Origin: Perna viridis
Lineage: Eukaryota
DNA: 64,000 nucleotides
Assembly: GCA_037379345.1 (NCBI GenBank)
Contig: CM074513.1
Span: 51,625,195 to 51,689,194 of the forward strand
Reading direction: 5' to 3'
A model generated the notes under the pieces. The model was not told the DNA's origin, made no database searches, and worked only from the letters and a program-made list of their open reading frames with translations. The position numbers were made by a program, and so were the translations under genes. Shown in pieces: positions 14,092-29,000 of this stretch (positions are counted from its first letter, which is position 1; each line of letters starts with the position of its first letter).

Positions 14092-17000
14092 GTAAGTGTT
14101 ATGCACATTTTAGACCCTCTGTTGTATAAAGCACAAAATTATAATGCTTTTAAGATAGTCGACAAGATCGCGATTCACTGAATTGAAAAGACATGTCATA
14201 GCTCCTGCTACAATTATTTATAATTTCATGTAATAACATTTGCACCTTTAGTAACTTTTCCAATGTAGGTAAACAATGATTTTTTTTAATTTGAGGTAGG
14301 CATTTGTCTTAAATGGGAGTAAAGCATTTAGTAGATTCACTGACATGCCGTAACTCCAGCTACAATTCAATTATTTCTGATGTCATAAAATCAATGTTGC
14401 ACCTTTAGAAACTTTTCCAATGTATGCAAACAACAAAGTTTTTAATTTGAGGTAGGCTTTTGCTTTAAATGGGAGCAAAGCATTTAGTAGATTCACTGAA
14501 AAGACATGCCATAACTCCCGCTACAATTATTTCTGATTTTATAAAATCAATTTTGCACCTTTAGAAACTTTTCCAATGTAGGCTAACCATGAAGTTTTTA
14601 ATTTGAGGTAGGCATAAGGCATTTGGGGTCTCCCGTACTTGGCGATCGCAATACTGGTATAAAAATTTGTTCCATTATTGTGATTTTTTTTTCAAAATTT
14701 TGAATACTGGCATACTAGTATTGTAATTAGTATTGTAATTAAGATATTGGCTTTGCCTATCCATTGTTTTCTAGACATTTTTATATGTTTAGCGTACATT
14801 TTTCCAAAACAATTTCTTGTGACATCCTCTTCCCCTGAAAAATAATACAAGTGGGTCCTAGTCAAAGTACTACAAGGGCAGGGTCCACTTAAGACTAAGA
14901 CCATTGAAGATTTTAGACTCACTCTAATGACAGTGGCTGTGTATCACCACCTTAATATGTAATTTTATCATGATAATATGATTTGTTCTAAAATGTGCTT
15001 TCATTAAAATAGTGCTCAATTTTCTTCTAACATGTACAAAATAAACATCATACAACAGTTTTTGCAGTCTTTCATATCAAAGTCAACATTGCTACATCAA
15101 TAAAGTTAATCCTGTATAGAAATGGGTAATGACAAAACAGTCCTTGAGTTAAATTTTCACAATACTCATGACAATACTTACTACACTACTATATATATGG
15201 AAGTAAAATATATTTGTTTAAAAATCACAATACTGGTACAATACTGGTATACAATACTGGAACAAATATTTAGACCCGTATTGCGATCGCCAAGTACAGA
15301 AGATCTTGCATTTAAGTGAGAGCAAAGCATTTAATAGGATCCCTTTTAAATAAAATGGATTTCCTGTCATTTACATTTGTACCATTTTGCTAAATTTTAA
15401 TGGGATAATTTCATCTGTCAGAGCTGGCAAGATATTCTAAATATTTTTAAAAAATTTTATTGGTCAAACAGTTTTGGGATTGGCAAAGATTGCCTTGTTT
15501 ATCACAACTGGAAGTAGATTTTTTGAAAATGTCCAAGGAGTTGCCATCAAGTAACGTGTGGGTCTTTGAAATGTTTTGTCTAGCAGGTGTTTTTTTATTT
15601 CATTTCGAAGCTTCAATAGATAGAGATGTAGCATATTGCCGTGCTGAAAGTTTTTCTAGTGGTAATTATGATAAATTTTTAGATGAATTTTCTGTACATT
15701 TAAGAAGGATCTTTGCTTGCTTATTATTCGAGCAAAATGAAAAATGCTAGAACTAATGTTTAACTCAGTACATTGTAATTATTGTACAAAGGATTCCTGT
15801 ACATGTATATCTGCAATGGTTTGGAATGAAATTTTGAGATGAGGCTATATTCAGGATTTTTCAAAGATATTTACAATCAGAAGAAACCTTATACAGTGTT
15901 AATTCCAGACCATGTCCTTGTGCCATTGGCATGGATATTTTATGAATGGAGAACAAAAAGTGTAGCTTATGGGCAATGCTGACACAGTATTCGGTAGGCC
16001 TATCTATGAATTTCCTGATTTTTTTTGGTTTGGTGTTGGTATGCATTTCCATTATTTTGTGTGCCAATGGCCTTGACTGTGTTGTAGTATATTTGTACAT
16101 TTGTAAGCTTAAGCTTTTTTGGGTCAAAACGACTTGGGGAAATTGCAGACAGTACGCCATGACCCTGCTGACAGCACCCATTGAATTACAGATGAGCTGA
16201 TGTGGATGTGACTGGTAAACCTGGAGAATTTCCAGCAAAATGGAAAACCGAATGTCCATAGGCCTGGGTGGGATATGCCCCAATATGAACAGAAAGATTC
16301 TTAGTGGAGCTGCAACATCAAAATGAATGACAATATACCTTTTTCATATTCCCAACTTTGACCTTTTTTTTTTAAATTTTGAGCAAAGGAAAATAACCTT
16401 TCAACCCAACAGACTGGTTTACTGTCTGATTGGAGCAATGGACTGCAGTAGACTTCAAATTAAAATATTTGACTTATTGTAGCTGTGGTACGTATAAATA
16501 CTTGGTTAGTTTTGAATAATTAATTTCAAACCAATTGGCTACTTACCGAAGTGTAAACAGGTTAAGTTTCAAAGAAAAATGTTTACTGTTTTTCCTTTCC
16601 CCAATGAGACCGCCAACCCTCCTAAGAGCTGTAATGGCAACTATGAATACTATGAAACCATTTAAATTGGTTGTTCAGTTTAAAGGTAAGAAATTCACAT
16701 TAAATGTTGGCCAATGTTACCCAAACATTAGGCATCCAAATATCTCATTATTAGCCCATTACCTGTAATAGATATTGCAATATTGTATTGGTTACCGGTA
16801 TGCTGGTTATGCTAATGAACAACATACATAGTCATCTTGGTTACAAAAATGTTTTTATAGAGCATAGGGGTGAAAGTACAAATTTTAAGTTTGTTCTTAA
16901 GAAAGGAATTCAGGTAATACTCCTTCCTTGGTTTGGACAGCTCTACAAAAGTCTTGATAGTGTAAAAGTTGTAGCCTACACTAGTCATCCCTTATTAGAT

Positions 17001-20000
17001 TTATTGCCCTTGAGAGGAGAAAAGAGAAGAAGAAATTTTTGCAGTTTTTATACAGTTATTATTGCAGAATCAACTGGGTTGTGGTAAGAAAAGACTCTTA
17101 CCGGGAGTTTTTTTACTGCCATTGAAAGGTAAAAATATCCATTATTGCAGTTTTTGGGCTTATATTTAGAACCATAGCAAATGAAGAGGTTAAGGCATTC
17201 CTATGTTATGATTGGCTAGATAACTGGATTGTTTCCATCAGATGAAGACAATTGAAGGTTCTGATTGGTTAGATGTCTGGTTTCTTGCTGTCAATTGAAG
17301 GCTTCTTGGTTAGATATTGTTAATTTCTGCTACTCTGAAATTAAAAGTTTTGATGCTTATATGCTTTACAGCCTGCCATGTGACTGTGTCTTTTCAGGTT
17401 TTTGTTAGGAATCCTATTTGCTCAGCAAATAAGCAACACTACCTTATGGTTTAGTTTAAAGGCCAATATGAACATCTATGAAATTGCTTCATCCCTAGAG
17501 TGACCTGCTTTATTGTGAGTGACTATGAAGCACTTTGAGATAAAGATTTTTAAATCAAATATTTTACAAAATTATTATACACACCTGTGTAATACATTCT
17601 TACATCAAATACTGTACCCACTTTTTCTTACATTGGTTATATATAAGTATGTTAATAGGTCTTAGTATACTACATCATTGAAGTTTTTGAAGGGTATTTG
17701 AACAACGTTTTGTATATGTTGAAACAAGATAATACCTCACTCCAATACAGTAAATTTATAGCATTAAATTGAAATGTTTACAGGTAATACAATATATTTC
17801 TAATTTATATAATAAATGGATGTTGACATAGAGTTGCTTCCCTTGTTATGTTATATACAATGTCGTTTTGATACTGTATTATACTGCAACATGTGATAGT
17901 TATTTGAACTGGAATCATTACTCTTATACTTTTATAGGATATGGTAGTTTATTTGAAATCAGAAATATTTTGCCATCGAGAGAATTTATCAAAATAACTG
18001 AAACTGGGTGCAAGCAGAAACACCATGATGAAAAGCATTGATTTTAACAGGTATTTAAAATTGTTTTTATGTTTTTGCAGGAAATGTTAAAATTCATCAA
18101 ATCGAATAAAACCAAAGAGATTTCTGAACATATGAGGTAGAATTTGTAGGCTTGTACTTATAAATTTTAATTTTCTTTGCTTATTGACTTACTGCTGATT
18201 TAGTTTTTGTTTTGCTAGTAATTCCAAGGGATTTCTTAGTATTTCCTTATTCTTGATTTTTTTATTATTTAAGATGGGAAGATGTTTGGTAGACTTCAGT
18301 TACTTTCATTTTTCAATACCTACAAAACGTACATGTAGCTTTTTAATAAAATAAAATCAGTACTTTTACAATATACTTTTCATGCTATTTGTCTTATACT
18401 GCATGTAGAATTTATGTGATTTAGGTCATATTTTCAGTGAGGAAATTTTTGTTTTTCAAAGGAAGATCTACGTGATTCACTAAACAACTGATAACCAAGC
18501 TCTTAAATTAATAGATTAGCAATGTTGACACAGTTACTAATGACATCAAAACAATGTGACACTAATATTCCAGTATAACAATGATACAATCAGATGAAGA
18601 AGACCTTCAATCTAAAACAATATATAACATATGTCTGTCTTTCAGTTTATCTGTCACAAAATTTATATCTTTCATAGCTCCTAAATCATTTTATGGATTT
18701 TTATGAAACTTGCAGGGAATGTCATTATGACATGCTATTTGAATTTTTGATTTGTATGAATTAATGTTTTCTAATAACACAACCTGTACTTCATCATTGG
18801 TTCTAATATAGAGGTATCAAATTTGTTCCTCCTTAGAGGATGATTGTAAGATACATTGTAATACCATTGTGCATCTGCTGTTTAAATATTGGATCCAGAT
18901 GAATTTTTGGTTTCTATTAGCATACATATAACATAATTATATGAATTGAATTGACTCAGGTAGAAAGTAGGGGTTACCATTTTGTATCTGCAATATGTAC
19001 ACTCCTAATATACTGACTGTATCTGGGAAACCATTGTGTACTGACTGTATCTGGGAAACCATTGTGTACTGACTGTATCTGGGAAACCATTGTGCACTGA
19101 CTGTATCTGGGAAACCATTGTGTACTGACTGTATCTGGGAAACCATTGTGCACTGACTGTATCTGGGAAACCATTGTGTACTGACAGTATCTGGGAAACC
19201 ATTGTGTACTGACTGTATCTGGGAAACCATTGTGTACTGACTGTATCTGGGAAACCATTGTGTACTGACTGTATCTGGGAAACCATTGTGCACTGACTGT
19301 ATCTGGGAAACCATTGTGCTTCTGTTGATTTTTTATCTGAATTAATTTTGTTACCAAACTTAAACTTACAACTAACTTAAATGAGATACCAACTGTTAGC
19401 TGCTAAATCGTAGCTCTTGATCTTTTTTTTTGATTTTGTGATCTGCAAAGCCGATAGCCACGAAACGAAGTGAAAATAGGTGCGAAAAAATCAAGGTCAC
19501 TGAAATTGCAATTTTTTTAACAGCCAAAATCGTAGCTCTAACGTTAAGAAAATACAAAAAAAATAGTTAGAGCTATGTTTCGCAGCTAACCAACTGTATA
19601 TCTTTAAATGTCTTATGTGAATTAATTTAAATTAATTTATATTCAATTTTTAGTAGTGTAGAATTTTAGAAAGTATTTGTTAACATACATGCCACAGGAG
19701 TGTGGGGCCTATTGTGAACATACATGCCGTAGGAGTGTGTGGTATACTTTTTGAGCAATACTTACAGTACTTCTTCTTTTATAACAAGGAATGGTCAACA
19801 CTTACTTAAGTGGAAGAAGATTTATAACTTAGACTAGTACTCAAGGTATCAGTCTTGTATTACATATTCCTGAGCGGGTGTACATCAAAATATGGAGGCT
19901 AAAAAATATAGTGCACTTCCTTTTTGCCATTTCCTGTTTTTGTTTCTTGGCAAATGACTATCATTATCAAACATCAGATATCAAGCTATGACACAAAAAA

Positions 20001-23000
20001 CTTGTTTTTGAGGAGAACAGTATTTTCATGAAAAATAGTGCTCCAGAAAAGGGGTCTATTTTATGAGCTCAAAATAAAAGTGAAAGTAGAAAAAGTATAT
20101 TTTTAGTTTGACCTGTCCTGGTGTACCAAAGTTCGTGCCTTTTTTCTAAAATGGACCTAAAAATTATTTTTGACATTTCCTTAATTGAAAAACATGGTCA
20201 AAAGTTAGATTGAAACTCCTTGTCTATTTTTTAAAAAATCATGAAAATTTAAGGTATATTATAGGAGCCTATGGGGCAAAGAACAAAAGACAGACCTCAA
20301 ATAGTCAAGTAAAACAAAAAATTGTTTTACATTGAGTTATTTCCCTTTACACAATATATCTCATAGTAATACAAATGATCTTTTGTCATATCTTTTAAAT
20401 TTTTATTGAAGATTTGAATAGTATTTTGGTGAAATGGAGCAAACTGTTATTCATATGTCAATAATAGAATGCATTGTAATTTAATGTTGAGAATATTATT
20501 TACATATTTAAGTGCGGTATGTATTTTATAAAGGAGTTCACTTAGCAGTCTTTATTTTGTTTGGAATCTAGAGTTATGAATACCGTTATAAGGTTAGTTT
20601 TAAACTTTTTTTTAAGAATTGACTCAATCAGACTACCCCTTCTTAATTTTGTAGAAGTTCATTCAAAATATTTATATAATTCTTTGTGGAATGCAACAGC
20701 ATTGGTGAGAGTGGTGTAAATTTGTTTATTGCAGTTTTTGATTCAGGAATGTAAAAGTAATTCATACATTCTACTTTTTGTCTTTGATCTAGTAATGTGC
20801 TCGGCTGCTCCTTAGAAAGTAGTAGCAGTGTCCGTAAGCATGATTCTAGGAACAGGTCTTCTTGCACAAAAGCTAATATAAAGGATTCTTCGCTTAGATC
20901 GGTAAGAACCTGTGAGTGAACAGCTCTGGTTGCGGCACATGTGAATAAAGATATATACGATTTTGTGATTTCATTATTTTGCCCTTTTGTAATCATAGCA
21001 CCTGTAAAATCTACACCAGTGACTGAGAACGGGAATTCGTAATTTATTCTATCTTTGGATAATGGTTGAGGGTCGGGGGCAGAATACGGTTTACCTGTTA
21101 TCCTTCTACATGCGACTTATTTTCAGAGTTGGGACCTTACGACTTGTTGTATTCTTGGTATCAAATACTGTTGCTGAATGTAAGGTATTGTACTGTTAGC
21201 TCCCCCATGGTGTGTGTTCTTTTGTGTGCTTCGTTTAAAACTAATGTGGTAAATTGTGAGTTTTTGGTAATAATGATGGATGCTTTGTCTCTTTTGTATA
21301 GATGCATGATGTATTCTTCCGGCGCATCGTAGTACCCCTTTTCAGTCTGAGTAAAGTTGAAGTTTTGGTACAAGTGCAGTTGCTTTGGTTGATGATTCTA
21401 AACAAGCGATCTCTTCTCAAAATACTTCTTCTTGTACCAATTTCACAAGCAAAGTTAATGCGCGATTTCGTTCCAGTAAGCATAGCCGGAATTGATTTTC
21501 CCATTTTTTACCACTTGCTAAAAAAAGCAAGTGCTATGTTTTTTTACTTGATATAATAAATTGTCACTTGCTAAATTTTTTTAATATATAGTAATATAAA
21601 ACAATTCAAACAGCTAAAATACAATCAAAATACAACAAACAACCATTGGTTAGGGCCATAAGGGACAGTATTTGGCCTCTTTGTTTTCTGTCCATTATAC
21701 CAGTAGTGTGTAACAAAGGCCTTAACTCAAAACTGTCCAGTGCCTTCCCACTCATGTCAATTCTCATTAAATGATTTGAAATTCCTTCCCCCATTTCCTA
21801 ACAGTCTTTAAAGAAGCAGTAACAGCTTGATTAATGACAATGTTGTTGTTATTGTCTGGCTGGCTTGTTGTGCCACTATCTGCATGATCTAAGTCTACTT
21901 CTGAGAGTTTTTGTTTGTTAGTTATTAAAAAAAGCCGTAATTTGTCGACTCATGCTGGCATAATAAATATTGACCTTTCAAGGCCGTTGAATTTTCTAGT
22001 ATATTACCCCGGTCAGTAAAACGTTTTAAGGCAGAAGAAATAACCCTCGTATCAAGTGTTCTAATGATCCTGACGATCGAAAGTGAAACTTGGCAATAAA
22101 AAAAACACTCGCTAAAATTTGCTGGCATGATGTAGCTTCAACTCGCTAAATTGAAATTCGCATTTAGCGAGTATTTCCAGTAAAATTTGATTCATGCATA
22201 GCAGTCAATATTGTCGTTTATCTGTGGATTCATGTAAATTCTTGGTAAAATACAGAAAGTAACAGGTTGTTTGGATTAGCTTTTGTAACGAACTATACTT
22301 TGATGTGTCGATGAATGAGTTTGTTCAGTTTTGCACTCATTTTCAACCTTTCCTCTTCACTTATCGTTGTTAGTATATTGCATTCGTGCAATTTTCAATT
22401 CCAGGTGGGCCAATTATCTCTATTTGAAATCTATACTGGTCCGTTTTTCCAGGTACTATTCTCTTCTAGTTGTTTGGTGCTTAACCCATGTGTAAAATAA
22501 TCTGCCAGATTATCATTGGTCGGACAGTAGTTCCACAGACAAATAGTTTCCAACTTTTGCATTTCTGCAATTTGATTTGCAATGAACAGTTTGAAGGTTT
22601 TTGTTGACATAATTCAATTTAAGACGATTTGACTATCGATCCACATATAGATGTGTTTAGTGTCTATTATTTTTGTAGGGTGACTGACTAATCTTGCTCC
22701 AATGACTGCTGCTATTAGTTATAAATGTGGCAGTGAAATGGTTTTTATGGGTACAAATCTGTTTTTAGCCATAATGATCAGTGACGAATTTCTGGTTACT
22801 AAATAGGTGGATGCTTCATAAGCTGATTGACTGGCATCTATGAATATGTGCTGGTATTTATCTTCAAGCTTATTTGATTTCAACAGAGTTTATGGAAAAC
22901 TCAAATGAGTTGCGTCCTCAATATCTATAGCAATTCCATGCCATTTTTTGTTGAGATCTTCTGGTAGAACTTCTGCGTATGGAGTGTTCACATCACAACT

Positions 23001-26000
23001 CATACATTATGCCAGAGCTTGCCAAAACTATGCAGACCTTTTGTATTGCGCTGGACTTCTGACAAGTAGGCTTTGGAACAGAGTTATGTTGCTACAAGAT
23101 TGAAGTAATTGCTAGAGAAGTTTTATGGTCATGAACTTGTGGATTGTTACACGTGTCCATCAGTGCCATGAAAAATGATTTGTTCACATGTCATAATTTT
23201 CTTTCCTCTGTCATCTACCTGGGACATGACTTTTTATGAGCAACTCGGCTGGTATTTCTATTATCAAACATTTCTTATATTTGTGTATTTTGTTTTTAAC
23301 TCAATGTAATACTCATCTGTCTCGATTTCATCTTCGATTCCCTCCATCTCAGTGCTGTGCAGAATTTGTCCAGACCTTTCAACGTAGATATCTTCTTGTC
23401 CACAGTGTTTAATAAACTTAGTCCGAATCAATAGTTTGTTCTTCAATAGCATCATCCAGTTTCTATAGTATTTTCGTCACAACTGCTCTGTTCCCTGCTC
23501 TCATGGATTTCTGTCATTGAACATCCATCCTCCATTTATCCTGGTCACGGTACCAATGTATTGTAGTCAAGACTTCGCATTTTGTCACTTTATGCAGGGT
23601 GTAAAAAGAAGCATTTTCCTTTACAAGATTCTAATTTTCCAGTGAGCATTGCATATATAAATTATGTCACAAGTAAAGCAGCTGTGCCGCAAATAGCAAC
23701 ATCAATATTTAGTGCAATTTACAACAGGATCAAAACAAGAATCCAGAATTTCCCCCCAAAGTGATATGCCTGTTTCCTGCTACCCTATATACCCTGTTTT
23801 TTGTGCCTACTCTAAACATTAAATGGCTGTTTTACCAACAACTGTTAAAGTCTATATTATTTTCATATAAACTCAATGTGAAATGCTTTTTAAAAAAATA
23901 AAAAAATTTCCCTACCTATCTACCTACCTCAGTACCCTATTTTTTTTTCTTGTTTGTAGTAGGAAACAAAAGATGTTGTTTTTTTTTACGTTATGGTGAT
24001 GCATACACTGCATATAATGTAGACTACTGACACAGATACTATTGCTCACATTCATTGTACAAAAAAGTCTTCATCATTATAAATTTAGTACAGTGTATTG
24101 GCTATGTGGGAATGTTGACCTGTAATGACAAGTAAAAGGACTATATTTATTGTTAAGTTTTAAAGTCAAGTGTAAATGGATAGTATTTATTTAAGTTTGT
24201 TGCCATATATTAGGATTGTTCATAATCATGTTTGTTTAGTTCTCAATAGTTTGGTTATGATTAGCTGTGAATGTATGTTTACTTATTATATCAATTCTAA
24301 TTGATTCTGTGACAAGGAATACAAACATTTGTTCTTTTATACAACAAAGAATAAAGATTTCATGTATGTTGTTGCAATATTCAAGTTTTGATAGTTTTCT
24401 TATCACTGGGGTGTCTTGACCTCTTGGACAAAAGGTCACATTTGATGTACTTTCTCCTTTGTTGTTTTCGTACATGTGCAGTTGTAGACATGTTGAAACT
24501 TAGTGTGGACAGATTTTTAATGTAATGATGCCGAGGACTGGTACCTGTTTAACTGATCTTTAAATGGATAACAGTTACATGATACTACCCCGATTAAAGT
24601 GAAGATAAACGACTTATTGAAGCTTATGTATTTGTCTGGGATGTTTTTATGTGTTCACAATGGTTCAGATGGCACCTCGTAAACTTCCGTAAGTTTATAA
24701 AAAATATTATTGTTATTGTTTAGGTCGTACAGGAATTATTTATAACATACAATATGTATAATGCTTTATGATGACTAAAACATCATTTCTAAAAAATAAT
24801 GCTGATGTGCCTTTTAAAAAATCCAGTGATTTGGAATTGTTTGACTTTTGTAGTGTTTTTAAATAAACAAAAAATGTTTTGAAAGTAACATATTCAGTAA
24901 GATGATTGTAATGACAAGACAAAAACAAATACATAGATTAATTAGAACATTTTAAATGACTATATGATCTTATCTAATTTGCATAGAATGTTTTTTAAAG
25001 AACATTAACATTGTGTCATCACCTGTATAAGCAGGGTCAAGACTATAAATTATAACCTAAGTTAAAACTATGTTGATCTTAAAGAAGATAGCTGGTCATT
25101 TAACCATTTATGTAATAACACTGGTATATTTATGGATTGTAAGAGTTTATAAACACATAAATGTGTTGACATAGTGCTTTTCTCACTAGAGTACCGCCTA
25201 AGTCTCTGTCTGATGTTTGGCTCATCACACATGGATAAGTGATGCTGTGTGAGAAGCTGTGAAGGATTGGTCACAATCAAAAAAATTATTGTACCGAAAT
25301 CCAATGGATGATATAGTTAAATTGCTGTACACAGAGCTTATTGTTGCATGTATATATACACACATATATACATTTTAAATGTGAAACCTAATAATGTATA
25401 TTTTCATCTAGAAGATTGTAAACTTGCCTCATTTTGGTCAGCTTAGTGGACTTTAGATAGTTTGGAATATTTTACACATTAATCTGATATAATGAAAGGA
25501 AAACATGAAATTGATCCTCACTGCATGGATAATCAACCTTGTTTAGAATTAAAGTTCCTCTCAATCACAGATAATGACATATACTGAGGATTTAATGTTC
25601 AACAAGAATCTTTATTCCCAAGAATACTTTGTTAAAGGTTAAATAGCTTGATAAAGGTCTGAATCAGATTTCAATGACAGGGTCCATAACAATGAATGAA
25701 CTGTTTTAGGAAGGTATTCACAGAAAACCAAGTGATTTGGATCAGTTGCTCATTTCTTTCAACTGTTTATTAATACCGTGGCAATAAAAGGGATTTCTTA
25801 TTCCGATATTGTTATATTTTAGAAGAACCCCATTTGAAACATTCCCTTTTAGGCTTTGTCTTTTATTATTTCTATTGGACGGATTATAATGTTCTTATAA
25901 AATCTTCATTTGGTTGGAAAAATGTAATTAAAGACTTGAAGCAGGGTATCTGTGGTCTTGCAATCAGCACACAGGAACTTGTACACCCCTCTCTTTAAAT

Positions 26001-29000
26001 TGAGAGCTTAGATTTCTTAGACTGACTGCTGATTTCTGTGTTATATTATAATAAGTTGTTTCACATTTGTTAGTTTCCCTATCCCTAAAAAGTTTCCATC
26101 TTATAATGGTATGGTGCTTTGTCATCACTAAGACATTTGTTTTGTTTTTTTTCTCCATTAATTTTAGTATTTGTATTAGTTGGTTGATGTTCCTAAAATT
26201 TTACGACAAGGTTCCAAACAACAACAGGAAAGTTAATTATGATCCTGACTATTTTGTAATTAGGGACCAGTTAGGGACAAAAACTAGCATTTCATAGTGT
26301 TTAACTACATAACTCCAGTAAAAGTATATGATGGGACAAAAATGAGCATTTTCCTGATTTTCCCATATTTTCCCCAACTGTACAGGTTTACCTCTGTGGT
26401 TGTATCAAGCTGTGCTCTGTGAAGCACTTAATTTACATGCTCTTATGACATAGCTTCTCATCAATAGAGCCACATGGAAACTAGATCATATTCAACATGG
26501 ATTTAATTGGTATGATTTTAAGAAATAATGAATCACTATGCTTACCATTGCCATAATTAGTTCTGGGAATTATATGTTGTATGTTGCCATGGAAACTTGA
26601 GTATGCAAGAAAATGCATTATTTTATAGAGAAGCGTATGTTTATATAATTGTTACAATCAGGCAGAGATCAATCACAAAGAGGCCTTTAATCAGTTGTTT
26701 TATCTTTTTCTTGAATTCCCTCATCTACAATTTATTTATAAATTAGAAAAAAAGATAAAATTAGTGAAGAATGTAGTAAAATGATTATGTTTGTAGGAGT
26801 TTGTTATATAAACAAGGGATTTCTATTTCTGGTTTGCGGACATTAATGATCAATGACTATACTATTTTAGTTCTTTTTATTTCATTTGTAATTGAGTTCA
26901 ACATAGTATCATACATAGCCATCTTCTCTTTAAGATATCACCACTCATAGAAGCTATTTTTTGACTGTATTCTGATGTTGTAGTACTACTCTTCGGACTG
27001 AAAAAATGGCATATTTCTTAATTTAACTGAGGACTCCTTGTTGTAAAATGTATGGTCTGACCTAACCCATAGTTTGTCTAAGGAAGTGTGTAAGTTACTG
27101 CAGCAAGTCTATCAGATTTTCAGATTTTATTATATACGCTCAGACACATACATAAATGTGTTACATGAGGTCAATCAGTAATACATAAAAAAAAAACACA
27201 CAGAAATGAGCAATAATAAATACAGAGATATATACAGATACTTATGGAGAGCGAAATGTGATAAATCTATCATAGCATTGCAGATATTGTTTTAATGAAC
27301 ACAGAAAGTTTTTTTTAACACATTTGAATTGCAAAAAGAGAGTAAATCACCCATTTTGTTATGATTTGGATACTCATAATAATATCTTGCCAAATACTAT
27401 AGTCTTAGATTTTTAACAGCGACATTTTCACAAACAAAAAATATGTGGAATTCAACATTCTCGTTGCCAAAAGAGCATATTCTCTTAGGTTTTGGAATGT
27501 TATACCACCTTCCTTTTTGAATTGGTAAATGGAGATTAGAAGTTCGTAATTTTGTGATCCAAATCCTGTAATACTTAGGTAATTTGACTATATATGGTTT
27601 TCAATACCGAAGGATGTCTTGAAAAGCGAGTAGAATTTAGTCAATTTAGGGGTCACCCGTCCATCTCTGTCCATTCATCCGTTTGTGCCACTCTGTGTAC
27701 ATTTCTTGTAAGTGCAACTCCTTCTAAATCACTCAAGGCTATTATGATAAAATTTATTGGAAGGCTGGGATACATTGATGTGCATGAAGAAATATAAGAG
27801 TTGTACATGTTCAAACCTTGTAGCACAACTACTTTGAAACTACTATTGATAAAATTATGTAGGAAAGTTAAGCATCATAATAAGATGTACATGAACGGGT
27901 ATAATTACTGTTGGAGGACTTTAATGTGAAGCAGGGGTATTTTGTTTGTCAGCTTGATCACAGTATTTCTATCTATTAGCCCCAACAGTTATAAGGCCAA
28001 TTAGAATAAATACTAGATTTAGTTCCCCTGCTACTTTACCCTTGAAAATCCTCCTGCCCATTTTTTTCAAAACCAAACTGGTTATCTAACAAAAAATGGG
28101 GCAAAGTACATGATGACACTTGTAATGTAATCTATATTTAAAGCTGACAATAGCAGGGATGTAAAAATTATCTCCCTTTTCTGCCCATGACTGAAAAATC
28201 TTGTAATGGTTCCAATAAAGACTCTATGCTTATTTTATACAACTAGAAAATATTTGAATGTATTAAAAAAGCACCCTAAGGCATAGTGACAAAGTATTGT
28301 CCACTTTAAATATGGTTTTCACAAGAAGGAGTTAATTAAAGAACAGTTTATCTATGGAAGTTGCTTCTTGCAAACATTCATGTACATATAAGAATCCTTT
28401 TGCCCACCCAGTCTTGTTTTTTTTAGGGTGGATGAAAATATAGCAATTAAATTTAGCTTGCCATATCAAATGTGTTTTCTTTTTATATATTCTGATAAAG
28501 TTTCCTAAATTTTCACCTGCACAGCCTGTATCTTTCTTTCTTGGCACAAATTAAGCACTTCACAGACCTATTATCATATAAGAGATAGTCTTTTAGGCAA
28601 ACCAATTAGAGAATATAAAATAGTTTAAATATTGTCACTTGATGAAAAAGACCTAGGCTTTCCATTAGATATGCTGTGTAATTTACTCAGATTGTATCTT
28701 TGTGTAGAAAGGTTTGTTAAATTGATTGAGACTTTTATTAGCTGATGTGTTCCAAATTAAAGTTTATAGGTATCAATCAGCTAACAAGTTAATTAATTAG
28801 TGATAAGTCATTATTAGACCCACTTAAATGTAACATTAGCATGAGTTATCTGTTAACCACCTGTATCTGATTAAAGTACAGATTCTTTTAAGTTTAATTT
28901 TGTGTAGAGGCAAGAATGACTTCAGAAAAGGGAGTGGTTAGATGGTGCTTTTGCTTAGGATTTTAATATGTTGTGCATTGTAATCCTGGTGCAGATATGA

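Larger units (their letters stand above)
20760..23557 (-). mobile_element. BEL/Pao LTR retrotransposon remnant, internally deleted
   Basis: PBS, then gag N-terminus ([10 protein letters not shown]...IEDEIE), Pao RNase H region ([38 protein letters not shown]; ~22450-22960), integrase Zn region (AHKRTH) and core ([25 protein letters not shown]; ~20870-21035). Protease and RT not seen. Confidence 0.88.

Noticed and set aside
15861-16283. 140-aa minus ORF and overlapping 84-aa plus ORF
   Set aside because: No recognisable motif or compatible splice sites; the region may be non-coding regulatory, but I cannot support that
18937-19357. Three overlapping repetitive ORFs; CRISPR-like 28-bp repeats
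   Set aside because: Head-to-tail minisatellite with no spacers in eukaryotic DNA; the ORFs are repeat artefacts
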